In this document: positions 1-9,617 of the stretch, piece by piece | How the letters are laid out: each line of letters opens with the position of its first letter | Numbering within the stretch: position 1 is the first letter of the stretch | Source of the DNA: an uncultured Acidobacteriota bacterium | Lineage (GTDB): Bacteria > Acidobacteriota > UBA6911 > RPQK01 > JAPXNP01 | DNA: 64,000 bases | Reading direction: 5' to 3' | Assembly (NCBI GenBank): GCA_963777605.1 | Contig: CAVZRV010000010.1 | Span: forward strand, 32,001 to 96,000 | The notes under the pieces: model-generated | What the model saw: only the letters and a program-made list of their open reading frames with translations | Database searches by the model: none | Told to the model about the DNA's origin: nothing | Program-made: the position numbers and the translations under genes

Positions 1-1079
1 AGGAGGCTTCCACTTTCCAGCCAGGCCAGGGCGCGTGGAATCTTCACCGACACGGCCCAACCCGCAATCAGCAGCGAGGCCGAGGCGTACAGCGGCGCAA
101 TGTAGTACTCCTGTTTGTTCAACGATAGGCTGAAGAAAATGAAGTAAAACAAGCACCAGATAAGAAAAAAAACATAGAGATTAGACTCTTGCCTTTGTCG
201 TCTGGAATCCCGGAAAAGCCCGATCAGTGCTACAGGAGCAATCAGTGACCAGGGGAAGGAGTCGGCCAGGAAAACGCCCACATAATAGAAGTATCCCCGT
301 CGCGGGCCGAAGTCAGTGTCCAGGAAGCGTCCCACGTTCTCCGTGAAGAGGAACGATCTGACCGGCTCCCAGCCATAAGTCAAGCCGAGGGCAGCGAACC
401 AGGAACCGGCTATGGTGAGGAAAAGAAACCCTCCCAGCACCCATTCCCAGGCCAGGGCGCGTCGGAACTGCCGGTAGAAAGCCAGGTAGGCGACCATCAC
501 GACAAGCGGAAGTACGACAACCGGGCCTTTGGCCAGGAATCCCAGACCCAGGCAGACTGAGGCCGCAACAGCGGCAGGCCGCCTCCCGGACTGCAGCCAG
601 TCAACGATGAAGTACAGGGCTGCCAGGACGAGGAAAAGGAGGAGAAGGTCGATCAGAAGGCGTCGGGCCAGGAGGAAGAGGCGAAAGGTCGTCGAGAAGA
701 TCACCGCGGCGAGCAGGGCCGGCGCCGCTTCGCTCCAGAGCCGGCGGCCGATGAGAAAGGTCACCAGGATGGAACCTGCCGCCAGAAGCGACATCAGGAG
801 ACGCTCCCAGAGCAAGTTGACTCCAAACCACTGGTAGAGTGGAGCGACCAGCCAGTAGGAAAGGGGGGGTTTGTTCAGCCTCGGCTGCCCGTTGAAGTGG
901 GGCACGAGCCAGTTCCCCGATTTGAGCATCTCCCGCGGGGTCTCGACGTAGAAGGCCTCGTTGGCGTCCCAGACTGAAGGACCGGCCGGGTGAATGAAAT
1001 AGGGGACGATGCAGAGAACGAGAACGATCCAGGCCTGGCGGGGAGAGATTCGAGGAAGGGAACTCGGGTTCTCGGTCAC
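1..1079 (-). CDS. ArnT/PMT-like (GT-C fold, GT39/83) membrane glycosyltransferase, truncated at the window edge
   Basis: Not in the ORF track. Manual translation from GTG 1079: VTENPSS...WDANEAFYVETPREMLKSGNWLVPHFNGQPRLNKPPFSYWL...LAKGP...NKQEYYIAPL, with many TM segments and ArnT-family motifs (DxNE, NG..KPP, KG). Confidence 0.85.
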   Translation of the reverse strand, partial: MTENPSSLPRISPRQAWIVLVLCIVPYFIHPAGPSVWDANEAFYVETPREMLKSGNWLVPHFNGQPRLNKPPLSYWLVAPLYQWFGVNLLWERLLMSLLAAGSILVTFLIGRRLWSEAAPALLAAVIFSTTFRLFLLARRLLIDLLLLFLVLAALYFIVDWLQSGRRPAAVAASVCLGLGFLAKGPVVVLPLVVMVAYLAFYRQFRRALAWEWVLGGFLFLTIAGSWFAALGLTYGWEPVRSFLFTENVGRFLDTDFGPRRGYFYYVGVFLADSFPWSLIAPVALIGLFRDSRRQRQESNLYVFFLIWCLFYFIFFSLSLNKQEYYIAPLYASASLLIAGWAVSVKIPRALAWLESGSL

Positions 1080-1085
1080 GGGGAA

Positions 1086-3587
1086 TCAGCCGAAGAGCCC
1101 CTTCTGGAGGTCCTCAAAGGACTCTTCAGGGACGGTTGAGGACCGGGAACGTCCGGTCAGGTTCAGCTGCTTGCGCTCGAGCCGGGTCAAAATCTCCTTC
1201 GCCCGGTCAATGACAACCGAAGGGACACCGGCCAGTCGAGCGACCTCGATGCCGTAACTCTTATTGGCAACCCCGGGAAGCACCTTGTGGTAGAAGATGA
1301 TGCTCGATCCACCTTCGCTGACGGTCACGCAGTAGTTGCGCGCTCCCTCGTACATACTCTCCAGGCGGGTGAGTTCCTGATAGTGCGTCGCAAACAGCGT
1401 GCGGGCTCGCCGGCTTGTTTCGGTCAGGAGGAACTCGGCAACCGACCAGGCGATCGAAAGGCCGTCGAACGTCGCAGTACCCCGGCCGACTTCGTCCAGC
1501 AGGATGAAACTGCGCCGTGTGGCGGTATTGAGGATTCGTGCCGTTTCGATCATCTCGACCATGAAGGTGGACTGGCCACGGGCCAGGTTGTCGCTGGCAC
1601 CCACTCGCGTGTAAATCCGGTCGACCAGCCCGATCTCGGCTTCCTGGGCCGGAACGAAGCAACCGATTTGAGCCATGATGACGATCAGGGCATTCTGGCG
1701 GAGGTAGGTCGATTTGCCGCCCATGTTGGGTCCCGTCAGGAGCATCAACTGGTCGCCGGCTGCGTCACAGTTCAGGTCGTTGGGTACGAACGGGTCGTCT
1801 CCCTGCAATTCGAGTACGGGATGGCGTCCTCCCACGATGTGCAGTCTCCGCGACTCGTCCAGGTGCGGCCGGGCGTACCGGTTCTTGCGGGCAAGTTCGG
1901 CAAAAGCCACCAGCACGTCCATCAGGGCGACGGTTCCGGCGGTGGCGCGGATCCGCGCAGCCTCGTCGGCAAGCTGTCGCCGGAGCGCCAGGAAGAGCTC
2001 CTTCTCCAATTCGACGATACGCTCTTCGGCCCCCAGAACCTTGTCCTCGTACTCCTTGAGTTCGGGCGTGATGTAGCGCTCGGATCCGGCCAGGGTCTGT
2101 TTTCTGATGTAGTGTTCCGGAACCGACTTGAGATGGCTCTTGGTGACTTCGATGAAGTACCCGAAGACCCGGTTGAACTTCACCTTCAGGGAGGAGATTC
2201 CTGTCCGTTCCCGTTCTTCAGCCTCAATTCGAGCGATCGTCGATTTGCCGGAGGAAGCGATCTCTCGCAGTTCGTCGAGTTTCTGATTATAACCGTTTCT
2301 GAGGATGCGTCCCTCGTTGATCGAAACCGGGGGATCATCGCTCAGTGCTGAGGCCAGAATCTCCGCGACGTCTTCAAGGGTGTCGAGTTTCGGTCGGAGG
2401 ATCGCGCTCTCGAATGAACTCAACTGGTCAGCCAATCCTGGAAGCTGAAGCGCCGACTCACGGAGCGAGAGCAGGTCCCGGGGATTCGCCGTGTCCATGG
2501 TGATCCGGGCCAGAAGCCGTTCCAGGTCGTGGATCCTGGAAAGGGTCTGACCCAGTTTCCCAAGGCCGATGACATTCCTGCTCAACTCTTCAACGCCGTC
2601 GAGCCGGCCCTCGATCTCGTCGAGATCCATGCTCGGCCGCAGCAGCCAGCGCCGGAGCAGGCGCGCCCCCATTCCTGAACGGGTCTGGTCGAGCGTGGAG
2701 AGGAGGGTCCATTTCTTGCTGCCGTCCACACCCTGAACGAGTTCCAGGTTGCGCACCGTGGCATCGTCCATCTTCAGGAAACGCGTGTCTTCCAGGACCT
2801 TCAGGCCGGTCACGTGATTCAGTGCGGACTTCTGGGTCTGTTTAACATAATGCAGAAGGCTCCCGGCGGCTGCCAGGGCGAGCGAGTGCCCGTTGAGCCC
2901 GAAACCTTCCAACCCGGCGACCTTGAAATGCTGCAGGAGCTGTCGATGGGAGTAATCCTGGTTGTAGACCCAGTCGGGCTGTTCAGTGAAAACGACCGAG
3001 CTGTTTAGGACCGGCGCGAAGCGCGTCCGGATGGAGTCAGCGGCCGACTCCGCGGTGAGTATCTCTCGGGGCTGGAACTGGAAGAGCTGGTGCCCAAGGC
3101 CTTCTTTACCCTCCTGGCCGGAATGCTCCGAAACCCAGAATTCACCGGTCGAGACATCCATGAACGAGGCCGCGCACCGGCCATCATACTCGTAGATGCT
3201 CGAGATGTAGTTGTTCTCGCGCGCTTCCAGAACCCCTTCCTCAACAGCCGTGCCGGGAGTCAGGATTCGGGTCACCTCCCGTTTGACGATGCCTTTGGCC
3301 TGCTTTGGATCCTCAACCTGCTCGCAAATCGCAACCTTGAGCCCCTTTTTGAGAAGCCGGGAGACGTAGTTTGTAACAGCGTGATGAGGAATTCCGCACA
3401 TGGGAATCGGGTTCCCCTGGTGATCCTTATTCCTTGATGTCAGGGTAATTTCGAGTTCGCGGCTGCCGATTACCGCGTCCTCGAAGAACATCTCGTAGAA
3501 GTCCCCCAGCCGGAAAAAGAGGAGCATGTCGGGGTGTTCAAGTTTTATCCGATGGTACTGGCGCATCATCGGCGTGAGGTGATCCAT
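1086..3587 (-). CDS. mutS: DNA mismatch repair protein MutS
   Basis: TPMMRQY start, GDFYE mismatch-binding motif, GPNMGGKST Walker A, DEVGRGT, SYGIEVA. Real start is ATG 3587, not the 4256 ORF extension. Confidence 0.97.
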   Translation of the reverse strand: MDHLTPMMRQYHRIKLEHPDMLLFFRLGDFYEMFFEDAVIGSRELEITLTSRNKDHQGNPIPMCGIPHHAVTNYVSRLLKKGLKVAICEQVEDPKQAKGIVKREVTRILTPGTAVEEGVLEARENNYISSIYEYDGRCAASFMDVSTGEFWVSEHSGQEGKEGLGHQLFQFQPREILTAESAADSIRTRFAPVLNSSVVFTEQPDWVYNQDYSHRQLLQHFKVAGLEGFGLNGHSLALAAAGSLLHYVKQTQKSALNHVTGLKVLEDTRFLKMDDATVRNLELVQGVDGSKKWTLLSTLDQTRSGMGARLLRRWLLRPSMDLDEIEGRLDGVEELSRNVIGLGKLGQTLSRIHDLERLLARITMDTANPRDLLSLRESALQLPGLADQLSSFESAILRPKLDTLEDVAEILASALSDDPPVSINEGRILRNGYNQKLDELREIASSGKSTIARIEAEERERTGISSLKVKFNRVFGYFIEVTKSHLKSVPEHYIRKQTLAGSERYITPELKEYEDKVLGAEERIVELEKELFLALRRQLADEAARIRATAGTVALMDVLVAFAELARKNRYARPHLDESRRLHIVGGRHPVLELQGDDPFVPNDLNCDAAGDQLMLLTGPNMGGKSTYLRQNALIVIMAQIGCFVPAQEAEIGLVDRIYTRVGASDNLARGQSTFMVEMIETARILNTATRRSFILLDEVGRGTATFDGLSIAWSVAEFLLTETSRRARTLFATHYQELTRLESMYEGARNYCVTVSEGGSSIIFYHKVLPGVANKSYGIEVARLAGVPSVVIDRAKEILTRLERKQLNLTGRSRSSTVPEESFEDLQKGLFG

Positions 3588-3668
3588 GACGGCGTATACA
3601 TTAGCAGGAATCGGTGATCCCTGTCCGCTCTCCACGAGGGCACGGGTTTTCAAGTAAGCTAGGGAGCC

Positions 3669-4361
3669 ATGTTTCTTCTTGCAGTCGATACCGCAACCAA
3701 CAGCGGAGGGGTGGCTCTGGCTCGGAACGCCGAAGTGGTGGCGACCGTCATGGTCAAGCGCCCCCTGGAATACTCCGAGAACCTGATCGCCAACGTGGAT
3801 TTCCTGCTCCACCAGTTTGACCTGTCCATGGGAGAGATCGACTGCTTTGCCGTTGCCTCGGGCCCGGGCTCCTTCACGGGGCTGCGCATCGGAATGGCCA
3901 CCGTCAAAGGTTTTTGCCAGAGCCTGGGTCGGCCTGCCGTGGACATTTCGACACTCGAGGCGCTCGCCTATCGATTCCGATATCTTTCGGACCGGGTCGC
4001 CCCAATGGTGGACGCCCGCCGCCAGCAGGTCTTCGGGGCCATTTACGAGGTTCAAGACGGTTCGAGCCGTTTGATCCAGGAGGAAGCGGTGTTGCCGCCT
4101 GCCGAGTGGCTGAAGAGCCTTCCACCGGAACCCTGCCTCTTTGTTGGTGATGCCGCCCAGATGTACAGCTCGACGGTGGCCGCCATGAGACCCCAGGACC
4201 GCGTGATTCGGTCGGATAACGTCATCCTCAACGAACTGTGTCAACTCGCCTACCACCGCTTCGTTCGAGGCGAAACTCGAACCGCGAGTGAAATCAGGGC
4301 CAATTATGTCCGACCCTCAGATGCCGAACTGCCGATTCCTCCCTCGGCCGGCCAGTCCTGA
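3669..4361 (+). CDS. tsaB: tRNA threonylcarbamoyladenosine biosynthesis protein TsaB
   Basis: LAVDTAT, GPGSFTGLRIG, DARR motifs; followed by rimI. Confidence 0.93.
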   Translation: MFLLAVDTATNSGGVALARNAEVVATVMVKRPLEYSENLIANVDFLLHQFDLSMGEIDCFAVASGPGSFTGLRIGMATVKGFCQSLGRPAVDISTLEALAYRFRYLSDRVAPMVDARRQQVFGAIYEVQDGSSRLIQEEAVLPPAEWLKSLPPEPCLFVGDAAQMYSSTVAAMRPQDRVIRSDNVILNELCQLAYHRFVRGETRTASEIRANYVRPSDAELPIPPSAGQS

Positions 4362-4806
4362 CGACATCGACGAGATTGTCCGGATCAACGACGAATCGGG
4401 GCTCAGTCGCTGGGCGCCGGAAGAGTACCGGATTCTTCTGGGGCGACCGGGGATAAAGTGCGTAGTGGCGGAAAGATCCGGTTGGGTGGCCGGTTTCTGC
4501 CTCTCCTGGTTCCTCGGCCCGGAGGCCGACCTGCTCAAGATCGCGGTGAGTGTCACCGAGCGCAGGGGCGGAATTGGACGGTTGCTGATGAACCGCCTGA
4601 TGTCTGATGCAGCCGAGGCGGGTGTCGAGGTATGCTTTCTCGAAGTACGGCAGGGCAATCTGGTTGCGTTGGAGTTCTATCACGGTTTTGGCTTCAGGGA
4701 GTGCGGAAAGCGCCGGGCCTATTACAATGACCCCGTCGAAGATGCCCTGGTTCTGAGGTGTGACCTCCGGCCGATGCAGGAAACCGGCTGCGACGAGGCC
4801 GGATAA
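4321..4806 (+). CDS. rimI: ribosomal-protein-alanine N-acetyltransferase RimI (GNAT)
   Basis: IAV..RRGGIG, LEVRQGN, FY..FGF, RRAYY..PVEDA; tsaB-rimI synteny; start uncertain (4306 or 4321). Confidence 0.88.
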   Translation: MPNCRFLPRPASPDDIDEIVRINDESGLSRWAPEEYRILLGRPGIKCVVAERSGWVAGFCLSWFLGPEADLLKIAVSVTERRGGIGRLLMNRLMSDAAEAGVEVCFLEVRQGNLVALEFYHGFGFRECGKRRAYYNDPVEDALVLRCDLRPMQETGCDEAG

Positions 4807-4867
4807 CGCACGAGGCGCGTTCGGGGGTTGCCGGTCAGTTTTAAAGAGAGGACTTGCGGAGAGCCGC

Positions 4868-6085
4868 GTGGTGGGGAGATCGAGTCTGCGCAACGAGGGG
4901 TTTACGATTCTCGCACTCTTTGGGGTGCTGTTCCTGGCCTCGGTCGATAACCAGCTCCTGATCCCTATACTCCCAGCACTGAGCGACGATCTCGGGGTAT
5001 CGCTCGTCCGGCTGGGACAGCTGTTTTCCCTCTACGCCCTCTGTGCGGCGCTCTTCAATCTCGTTTTCGGGCCCCTGAGTGATCGGCTGGGTAGAGTGTT
5101 TTTTCTTCGCCTCGGTCTCGGAGCCTTCATGGTGCTGGCTGCCCTGACGACCCAGGTTGTCGGATTTGGCGGTCTCGCCGCCATACGCGCGTGCACGGGG
5201 ATCGCTGCAGGGTTACTGTCGACCTGCACGGTGAGCTACATCGGCGACTTCTTCCCGTACGAGAAGCGGGGCCGGGTAATGGGCATAGTCCTGAGCTCCT
5301 ATTTCGCGGCCCTGATTCTGGGTGTTCCACTGAGTTCCTGGATTGCTGAGGCGTGGGGCTGGCGACGGGTATTCGTGGTCACTGGAATCCTCGCTTTCAT
5401 ATTGCTGCTGGCAGCTCTGCAGATCTCATCGGATCGGCCGAAGCGCTCTCAGCTTCGGAATTCATCGTTCCGGTCCTATCTCGGGTTCGTAGGGAGGCGA
5501 ACAACTATGGGGGCCCTGATGACTTCGTTCATGGTCTCTGGGGCGACACTCGCATTCTTGACCTACATCTCGGGTTACCTGGCCGCCTCCTTTGATATGA
5601 GCCCGGTCCAGATTTCGATGGTCTTTCTGGTTTCGGGTGGAGCCGCAATCCTGGCCAGCCCGCTTTCAGGATGGATCAGCGATCGGCGTTTGACAAAGAA
5701 GCGCCTCTTCGTGGTGTCCAACTCCTTCCTTTCGGTGCCCCTCCTGCTGCTCGTTCACGCGGGTGGAGGCTCCGCACTATTCGTCGTCATCTTCCTGGCC
5801 GGCCTCCTCGTGGCCTTCCGGCAGACCTCCCTGCAGACGCTGCAAACCGAACTGATCGGCAGCGGCGACCGGGGCGCATTTCTGGCCCTGCGCAACAGTG
5901 CTTCCCAGTTGGGCATTTCAATCTCGGTGCTGCTGGCAGGGAGCCTTTACGGTGCCTACGGCTATGGCGCCGTCACCCTGTTTGCTGCATCTTTGACCCT
6001 GGCGGGAAGTGCTATCCTTTATTTTTTTGTGGAGGACCCTGAAGGAGATCGTCCGGGCCGGGGGATTGCGTCCACGGGTTCCTAG
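4868..6085 (+). CDS. MFS transporter
   Basis: About 12 hydrophobic segments; GPLSDRLGR motif A and SGWISDRR; start probably GTG 4868 or 4871. Confidence 0.88.
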   Translation: MVGRSSLRNEGFTILALFGVLFLASVDNQLLIPILPALSDDLGVSLVRLGQLFSLYALCAALFNLVFGPLSDRLGRVFFLRLGLGAFMVLAALTTQVVGFGGLAAIRACTGIAAGLLSTCTVSYIGDFFPYEKRGRVMGIVLSSYFAALILGVPLSSWIAEAWGWRRVFVVTGILAFILLLAALQISSDRPKRSQLRNSSFRSYLGFVGRRTTMGALMTSFMVSGATLAFLTYISGYLAASFDMSPVQISMVFLVSGGAAILASPLSGWISDRRLTKKRLFVVSNSFLSVPLLLLVHAGGGSALFVVIFLAGLLVAFRQTSLQTLQTELIGSGDRGAFLALRNSASQLGISISVLLAGSLYGAYGYGAVTLFAASLTLAGSAILYFFVEDPEGDRPGRGIASTGS

Positions 6086-6104
6086 TCTTCATGGAGTTTA
6101 GAGG

Positions 6105-7256
6105 ATGAGCCGAAAAGAATTTTGGTCAGGAGTGGTCCTGAGCAGCCTGATTGCTGCCGGACTGGTCCTGTTCTTCCTGCGCTGGCCCTCTCCCCCGCCG
6201 GCAAGTGCTGAGTTCAAGCAGCCGGATACGCCCGTGCTTGACACGTCCCTGTCCGATGAGGAGCGTGTGAACATTCAGATCTACAAGGATCTGAGCCGGT
6301 CAGTCGTGAATGTCACCAGCACCCGTCTGACAGTGAATTTCTGGATGCAGGTGATCCCGGAACAGGGAACGGGCAGTGGTTTCATCATCGACGATCAGGG
6401 CCACATCGTCACGAACAACCACGTGATCGAACAGTCGGACCAGCTCGAAGTGACCCTGTTCGACGAGACGGCAGTCGCGGCGGAGGTGGTTGGACGTGAC
6501 CCTGTCAACGACCTGGCAGTTCTGAAGATTGACTGTCCGGAGCGGAAGTGTCGCCCAGTTCGCCTCGCCCAGGATTTGTCAATCGACGTCGGGCAGAGAG
6601 TCCTGGCCATCGGCAATCCTTTTGGCCTGGAACGAACCCTTACGACTGGAATCATTTCCTCCTTCGGCAGGAGCCTCGACACCGAGAACGGCGTCCTGGA
6701 CAACCTCATTCAAACCGACGCCGCCATCAACCCGGGGAACAGCGGTGGGCCCTTGCTCAATACGCGGGGTGAAGTGATTGGGGTCAACACGGCGATCCTC
6801 TCGCGAACCGGTGAAAGTGCCGGTATCGGGTTCGCCGTTCCGGTCACGACCTTGAACCGGATCCTTCCCGACCTGATCGAACACGGTCGTGTAATTCGGG
6901 CCTGGATCGGGATCTCCGGGCGGTCTCTCAGTCCGCGTCTTGCGCGCGCCCTCGACCTGCCGGTCGAGAAAGGAGTGCTGGTCGAGAAGGTGGCCAGTAG
7001 TAGCTCGGCCGAGGCAGCTGGGATCCAGGGAGGCGACCGCCGGGTCTTTGCCGGAAATGTTCCGCTCATCATCGGCGGCGACATCCTGGTCGAAATGGGT
7101 GGACAACCGGTCACCCAGTGGCGCGACATCTCCAGGATTGCCGAGGACAAGCGTCCCGGCGACGCAATGACGTTCGTTTTCTATCGGGACAAGGAGCGAA
7201 TCGAAAAGCGCGTTACCCTGGTCGGCCGTGAGGGTGGCCGTCGATTCCGTTTTTGA
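6105..7256 (+). CDS. HtrA/DegP-family serine protease (membrane anchor, trypsin domain, one PDZ)
   Basis: TNNHV, DLAV, IQTDAAINPGNSGGPL catalytic motifs; C-terminal PDZ. Confidence 0.93.
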   Translation: MSRKEFWSGVVLSSLIAAGLVLFFLRWPSPPPASAEFKQPDTPVLDTSLSDEERVNIQIYKDLSRSVVNVTSTRLTVNFWMQVIPEQGTGSGFIIDDQGHIVTNNHVIEQSDQLEVTLFDETAVAAEVVGRDPVNDLAVLKIDCPERKCRPVRLAQDLSIDVGQRVLAIGNPFGLERTLTTGIISSFGRSLDTENGVLDNLIQTDAAINPGNSGGPLLNTRGEVIGVNTAILSRTGESAGIGFAVPVTTLNRILPDLIEHGRVIRAWIGISGRSLSPRLARALDLPVEKGVLVEKVASSSSAEAAGIQGGDRRVFAGNVPLIIGGDILVEMGGQPVTQWRDISRIAEDKRPGDAMTFVFYRDKERIEKRVTLVGREGGRRFRF

Positions 7257-7427
7257 CCGAATTTCCGCACACTGAGTTCCGCAGATTTTCGGAGTCAGAC
7301 GTTATATTGATATGGAGGCTGGCGACCTTCGCTGCGACATCGCAGGCCGTGGTCGGCTTCGCCAGTTCTGGCAACGTATTCGGGTGAGACTCACCCGTCA
7401 ACAGGGAATAAGGGAAGGAGCAAGAAG

Positions 7428-7841
7428 ATGGTTAACCGAGCAATTCTTATCGGACGCCTCGGACGAGATCCGGAGATGCGATTTACCCAGTCGGGAATGG
7501 CCGTCGCGAACTTTTCGCTGGCGACCAATGAGCGCTGGGTCGGACAGGATGGCAACCGCCAGGAACGGACCGAATGGCACAATATCGTCGCATTTGGAAA
7601 GCTGGCCGACATCTGCGGTCAATACCTGAAAAAGGGCAAACTGGTCTTTATCGAGGGGCGTCTCCAGACGCGCGAGTGGGACGATCGGGACGGCAACAAG
7701 CGCCGCACAACCGAAATCGTCGCCAACAACATGCAGATGCTCGAATCCCGCAGCGGCGGAGAAAGTTACTCCGAGGATTCCGGGGAGTCGGATCGCAGCG
7801 CGATGGAAATCGGGATCACCGACGACGACATCCCGTTCTAG
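7428..7841 (+). CDS. ssb: single-stranded DNA-binding protein
   Basis: [20 protein letters not shown]-terminal DDDIPF; AAGGAG SD upstream. Confidence 0.97.
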   Translation: MVNRAILIGRLGRDPEMRFTQSGMAVANFSLATNERWVGQDGNRQERTEWHNIVAFGKLADICGQYLKKGKLVFIEGRLQTREWDDRDGNKRRTTEIVANNMQMLESRSGGESYSEDSGESDRSAMEIGITDDDIPF

Positions 7842-7845
7842 TGGG

Positions 7846-7923
7846 GTTTCTGTTCCGGTTTCTGGTTCCTGGTTTCGGTTTTCGGGAAATACCCCACCAG
7901 AAACCCGGAACCAGAAACCAGCA
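7846..7923. repeat. heptamer-repeat inverted hairpin between convergent ssb and cpoB; likely bidirectional terminator
   Basis: Degenerate 7-mers TTTCTGG/TTCCTGG/TTTCGGT/TTTCGGG mirrored by CCAGAAA/CCCGGAA/CCAGAAA. Confidence 0.65.
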
Positions 7924-7924
7924 G

Positions 7925-8740
7925 CTACATTCCCAGCTTCTGCAACTCCTGCTCGGCCAGGGTGGCTTCCTGTGACTTGGGATAGAGCTTCATCAACTTC
8001 TTGAGCACATCCGCGGCCTGTTCGACCTGCTGCATCTGTTCGAGTGCAAGCGCCTTTTTGTAATAGGCAACCGGTGTCTTGTCCCCCTTCGAGTACAGGT
8101 TGATAACCTGGTCGAAGGCCTGCACGGCAAGTTCGAGTCGCCCCTGCTGCATGTACGCATCACCGAGATAGTAGGCCGCGTTGTCCGCGTACTCGCTGTC
8201 CGGGTAGTTGGCCAGGAAATCCTGGAACCCGTCCACCGCAAGGGCGTAGTTGCCCATCAGGTAATCGTTGTAGCTGGCGCTGTAGACGCGGTCGGGTTCC
8301 ACATCCCCTCCGGCCTGGTCCGGAGCCGGGATTGACCGAAGCGATTGGACCTGGAGCTGGCTTTCCTCCATTTTGCGGCTCAAGCCGGCAATCCGGTTGT
8401 TGGTTTCGTCCAGCTTGGTGCTGAGGAGTTGGAACTCGTCACTCAACGAGGCGATCGACTTCTCGAGGTTCTCCCCCTGAGCCCGGCCCGAAGTGATCGC
8501 CTGTTTGACATCGTCGAGAGCCAGCTTGCCCTCGCCCGACTGGTCATTGAGCTGCTCCAGCAGCGACACGATCATCCCGTTCTTCTCGTCAATCGACTTC
8601 TGCAGCAACCGGATCTGATCCTGAAGCTGAAGAACATCACTCTGCAGCCGAATGATCTCTTCTTTCGTGCCACCGAACGAGAAAAAGGACAGCGACAGGG
8701 CCACCAGGGCCGGAACCACGCATTTCAATCGTCTCTTCAT
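7925..8740 (-). CDS. cpoB: cell division coordinator CpoB (YbgF): coiled coil plus TPR
   Basis: Signal peptide, coiled coil, then Y..A...Y..GNY..A...F..F...YP.S.YADNAAYYLG TPRs; last gene of the tol-pal operon. Confidence 0.9.
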   Translation of the reverse strand: MKRRLKCVVPALVALSLSFFSFGGTKEEIIRLQSDVLQLQDQIRLLQKSIDEKNGMIVSLLEQLNDQSGEGKLALDDVKQAITSGRAQGENLEKSIASLSDEFQLLSTKLDETNNRIAGLSRKMEESQLQVQSLRSIPAPDQAGGDVEPDRVYSASYNDYLMGNYALAVDGFQDFLANYPDSEYADNAAYYLGDAYMQQGRLELAVQAFDQVINLYSKGDKTPVAYYKKALALEQMQQVEQAADVLKKLMKLYPKSQEATLAEQELQKLGM

Positions 8741-8817
8741 AGAGGGTCTCCCATCAAAAATCAGGCGTCGAGAGCTCAGTCAGCCCGACTCGGGGCGGCC
8801 CGCTCAGGCCGGAATCT

Positions 8818-9588
8818 TTACCGTACGACAAACTGGTCCCGGCGATTCTGGGCCCAGGCCGCTTCGTTGCTGCCCATGGCAAATGGCCGCTCTTCACCGA
8901 AAGAAATCGTCTCGAGCCGGTCCCCACCGATTCCCAATTGCACGAGGTAGGCCTTGGCAGCCTGCGCTCGCCGGTCACCCAGGGCAAGATTGTACTCCTC
9001 GGTACCGCGCTCGTCGCAATGGCCCTCGATAATCACGGGGATGTTGGGATAGCGGCGGAAATACTTCGAATTCTCTTCCAGGATGGAGCGAGCTTCCGAA
9101 GAGAGGTCTGCACTGTCGTAATTGAAGAAGATCGGACGAACCAGCCCTTCCTTGATTGCACTCTGGAGGGCCTGGAGATCGGTCTGGACTACCTCGCCCC
9201 TGCCTTCATCACGGGTAACTGTAACCCGGGCGCTTGCCTTGGCTTCACCGCCCCGGCTGGTTGCGGTCGCTGTGTATGTCGTCGACTCAAGGGGAGAAAC
9301 ACTGATCGACCCACCGGAGGAAACATTCCCGACTCCGCCATCGATGAGAACGGTGTCCGCGTTCGAGGCCGACCAGGTCAGATTCGCCTGGCCTCCGCGC
9401 CGGATTGTGCTCGGCGAGACTGACAGTTCAATCGTGGGGCTCGAGTAGGTTTCCGTGGCCGACGGAGTGCGATCGGTCGAACTCGCAGGAGGCCGGGCTA
9501 TCGTGGTTGGCTTCTTGCCACAGCCCACGGCAACGGCCAGGAGTAGCACAATCATGACGAGAACTACGATCTTCCAATTCGATTTCAT
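8818..9588 (-). CDS. pal: peptidoglycan-associated lipoprotein Pal with an N-terminal Ig-like insert
   Basis: Lipobox AVGC; IFFNYDS, IEGHCDERGTEEYNLALGDRRA, SFGEERP, NRR OmpA-like motifs. Confidence 0.93.
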   Translation of the reverse strand: MKSNWKIVVLVMIVLLLAVAVGCGKKPTTIARPPASSTDRTPSATETYSSPTIELSVSPSTIRRGGQANLTWSASNADTVLIDGGVGNVSSGGSISVSPLESTTYTATATSRGGEAKASARVTVTRDEGRGEVVQTDLQALQSAIKEGLVRPIFFNYDSADLSSEARSILEENSKYFRRYPNIPVIIEGHCDERGTEEYNLALGDRRAQAAKAYLVQLGIGGDRLETISFGEERPFAMGSNEAAWAQNRRDQFVVR

Positions 9589-9617
9589 TTTCTCCACTTC
9601 CTCCCTAACGAGTCGAC

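Noticed and set aside
3588-4256. 222-aa N-terminal extension of the MutS ORF
   Set aside because: It is the antisense shadow of tsaB; MutS homology begins at MDHLTPMMRQY (3587)
7846-7923. CRISPR-like repeat
   Set aside because: Units are 7 nt with no spacers, and no cas genes are in the window
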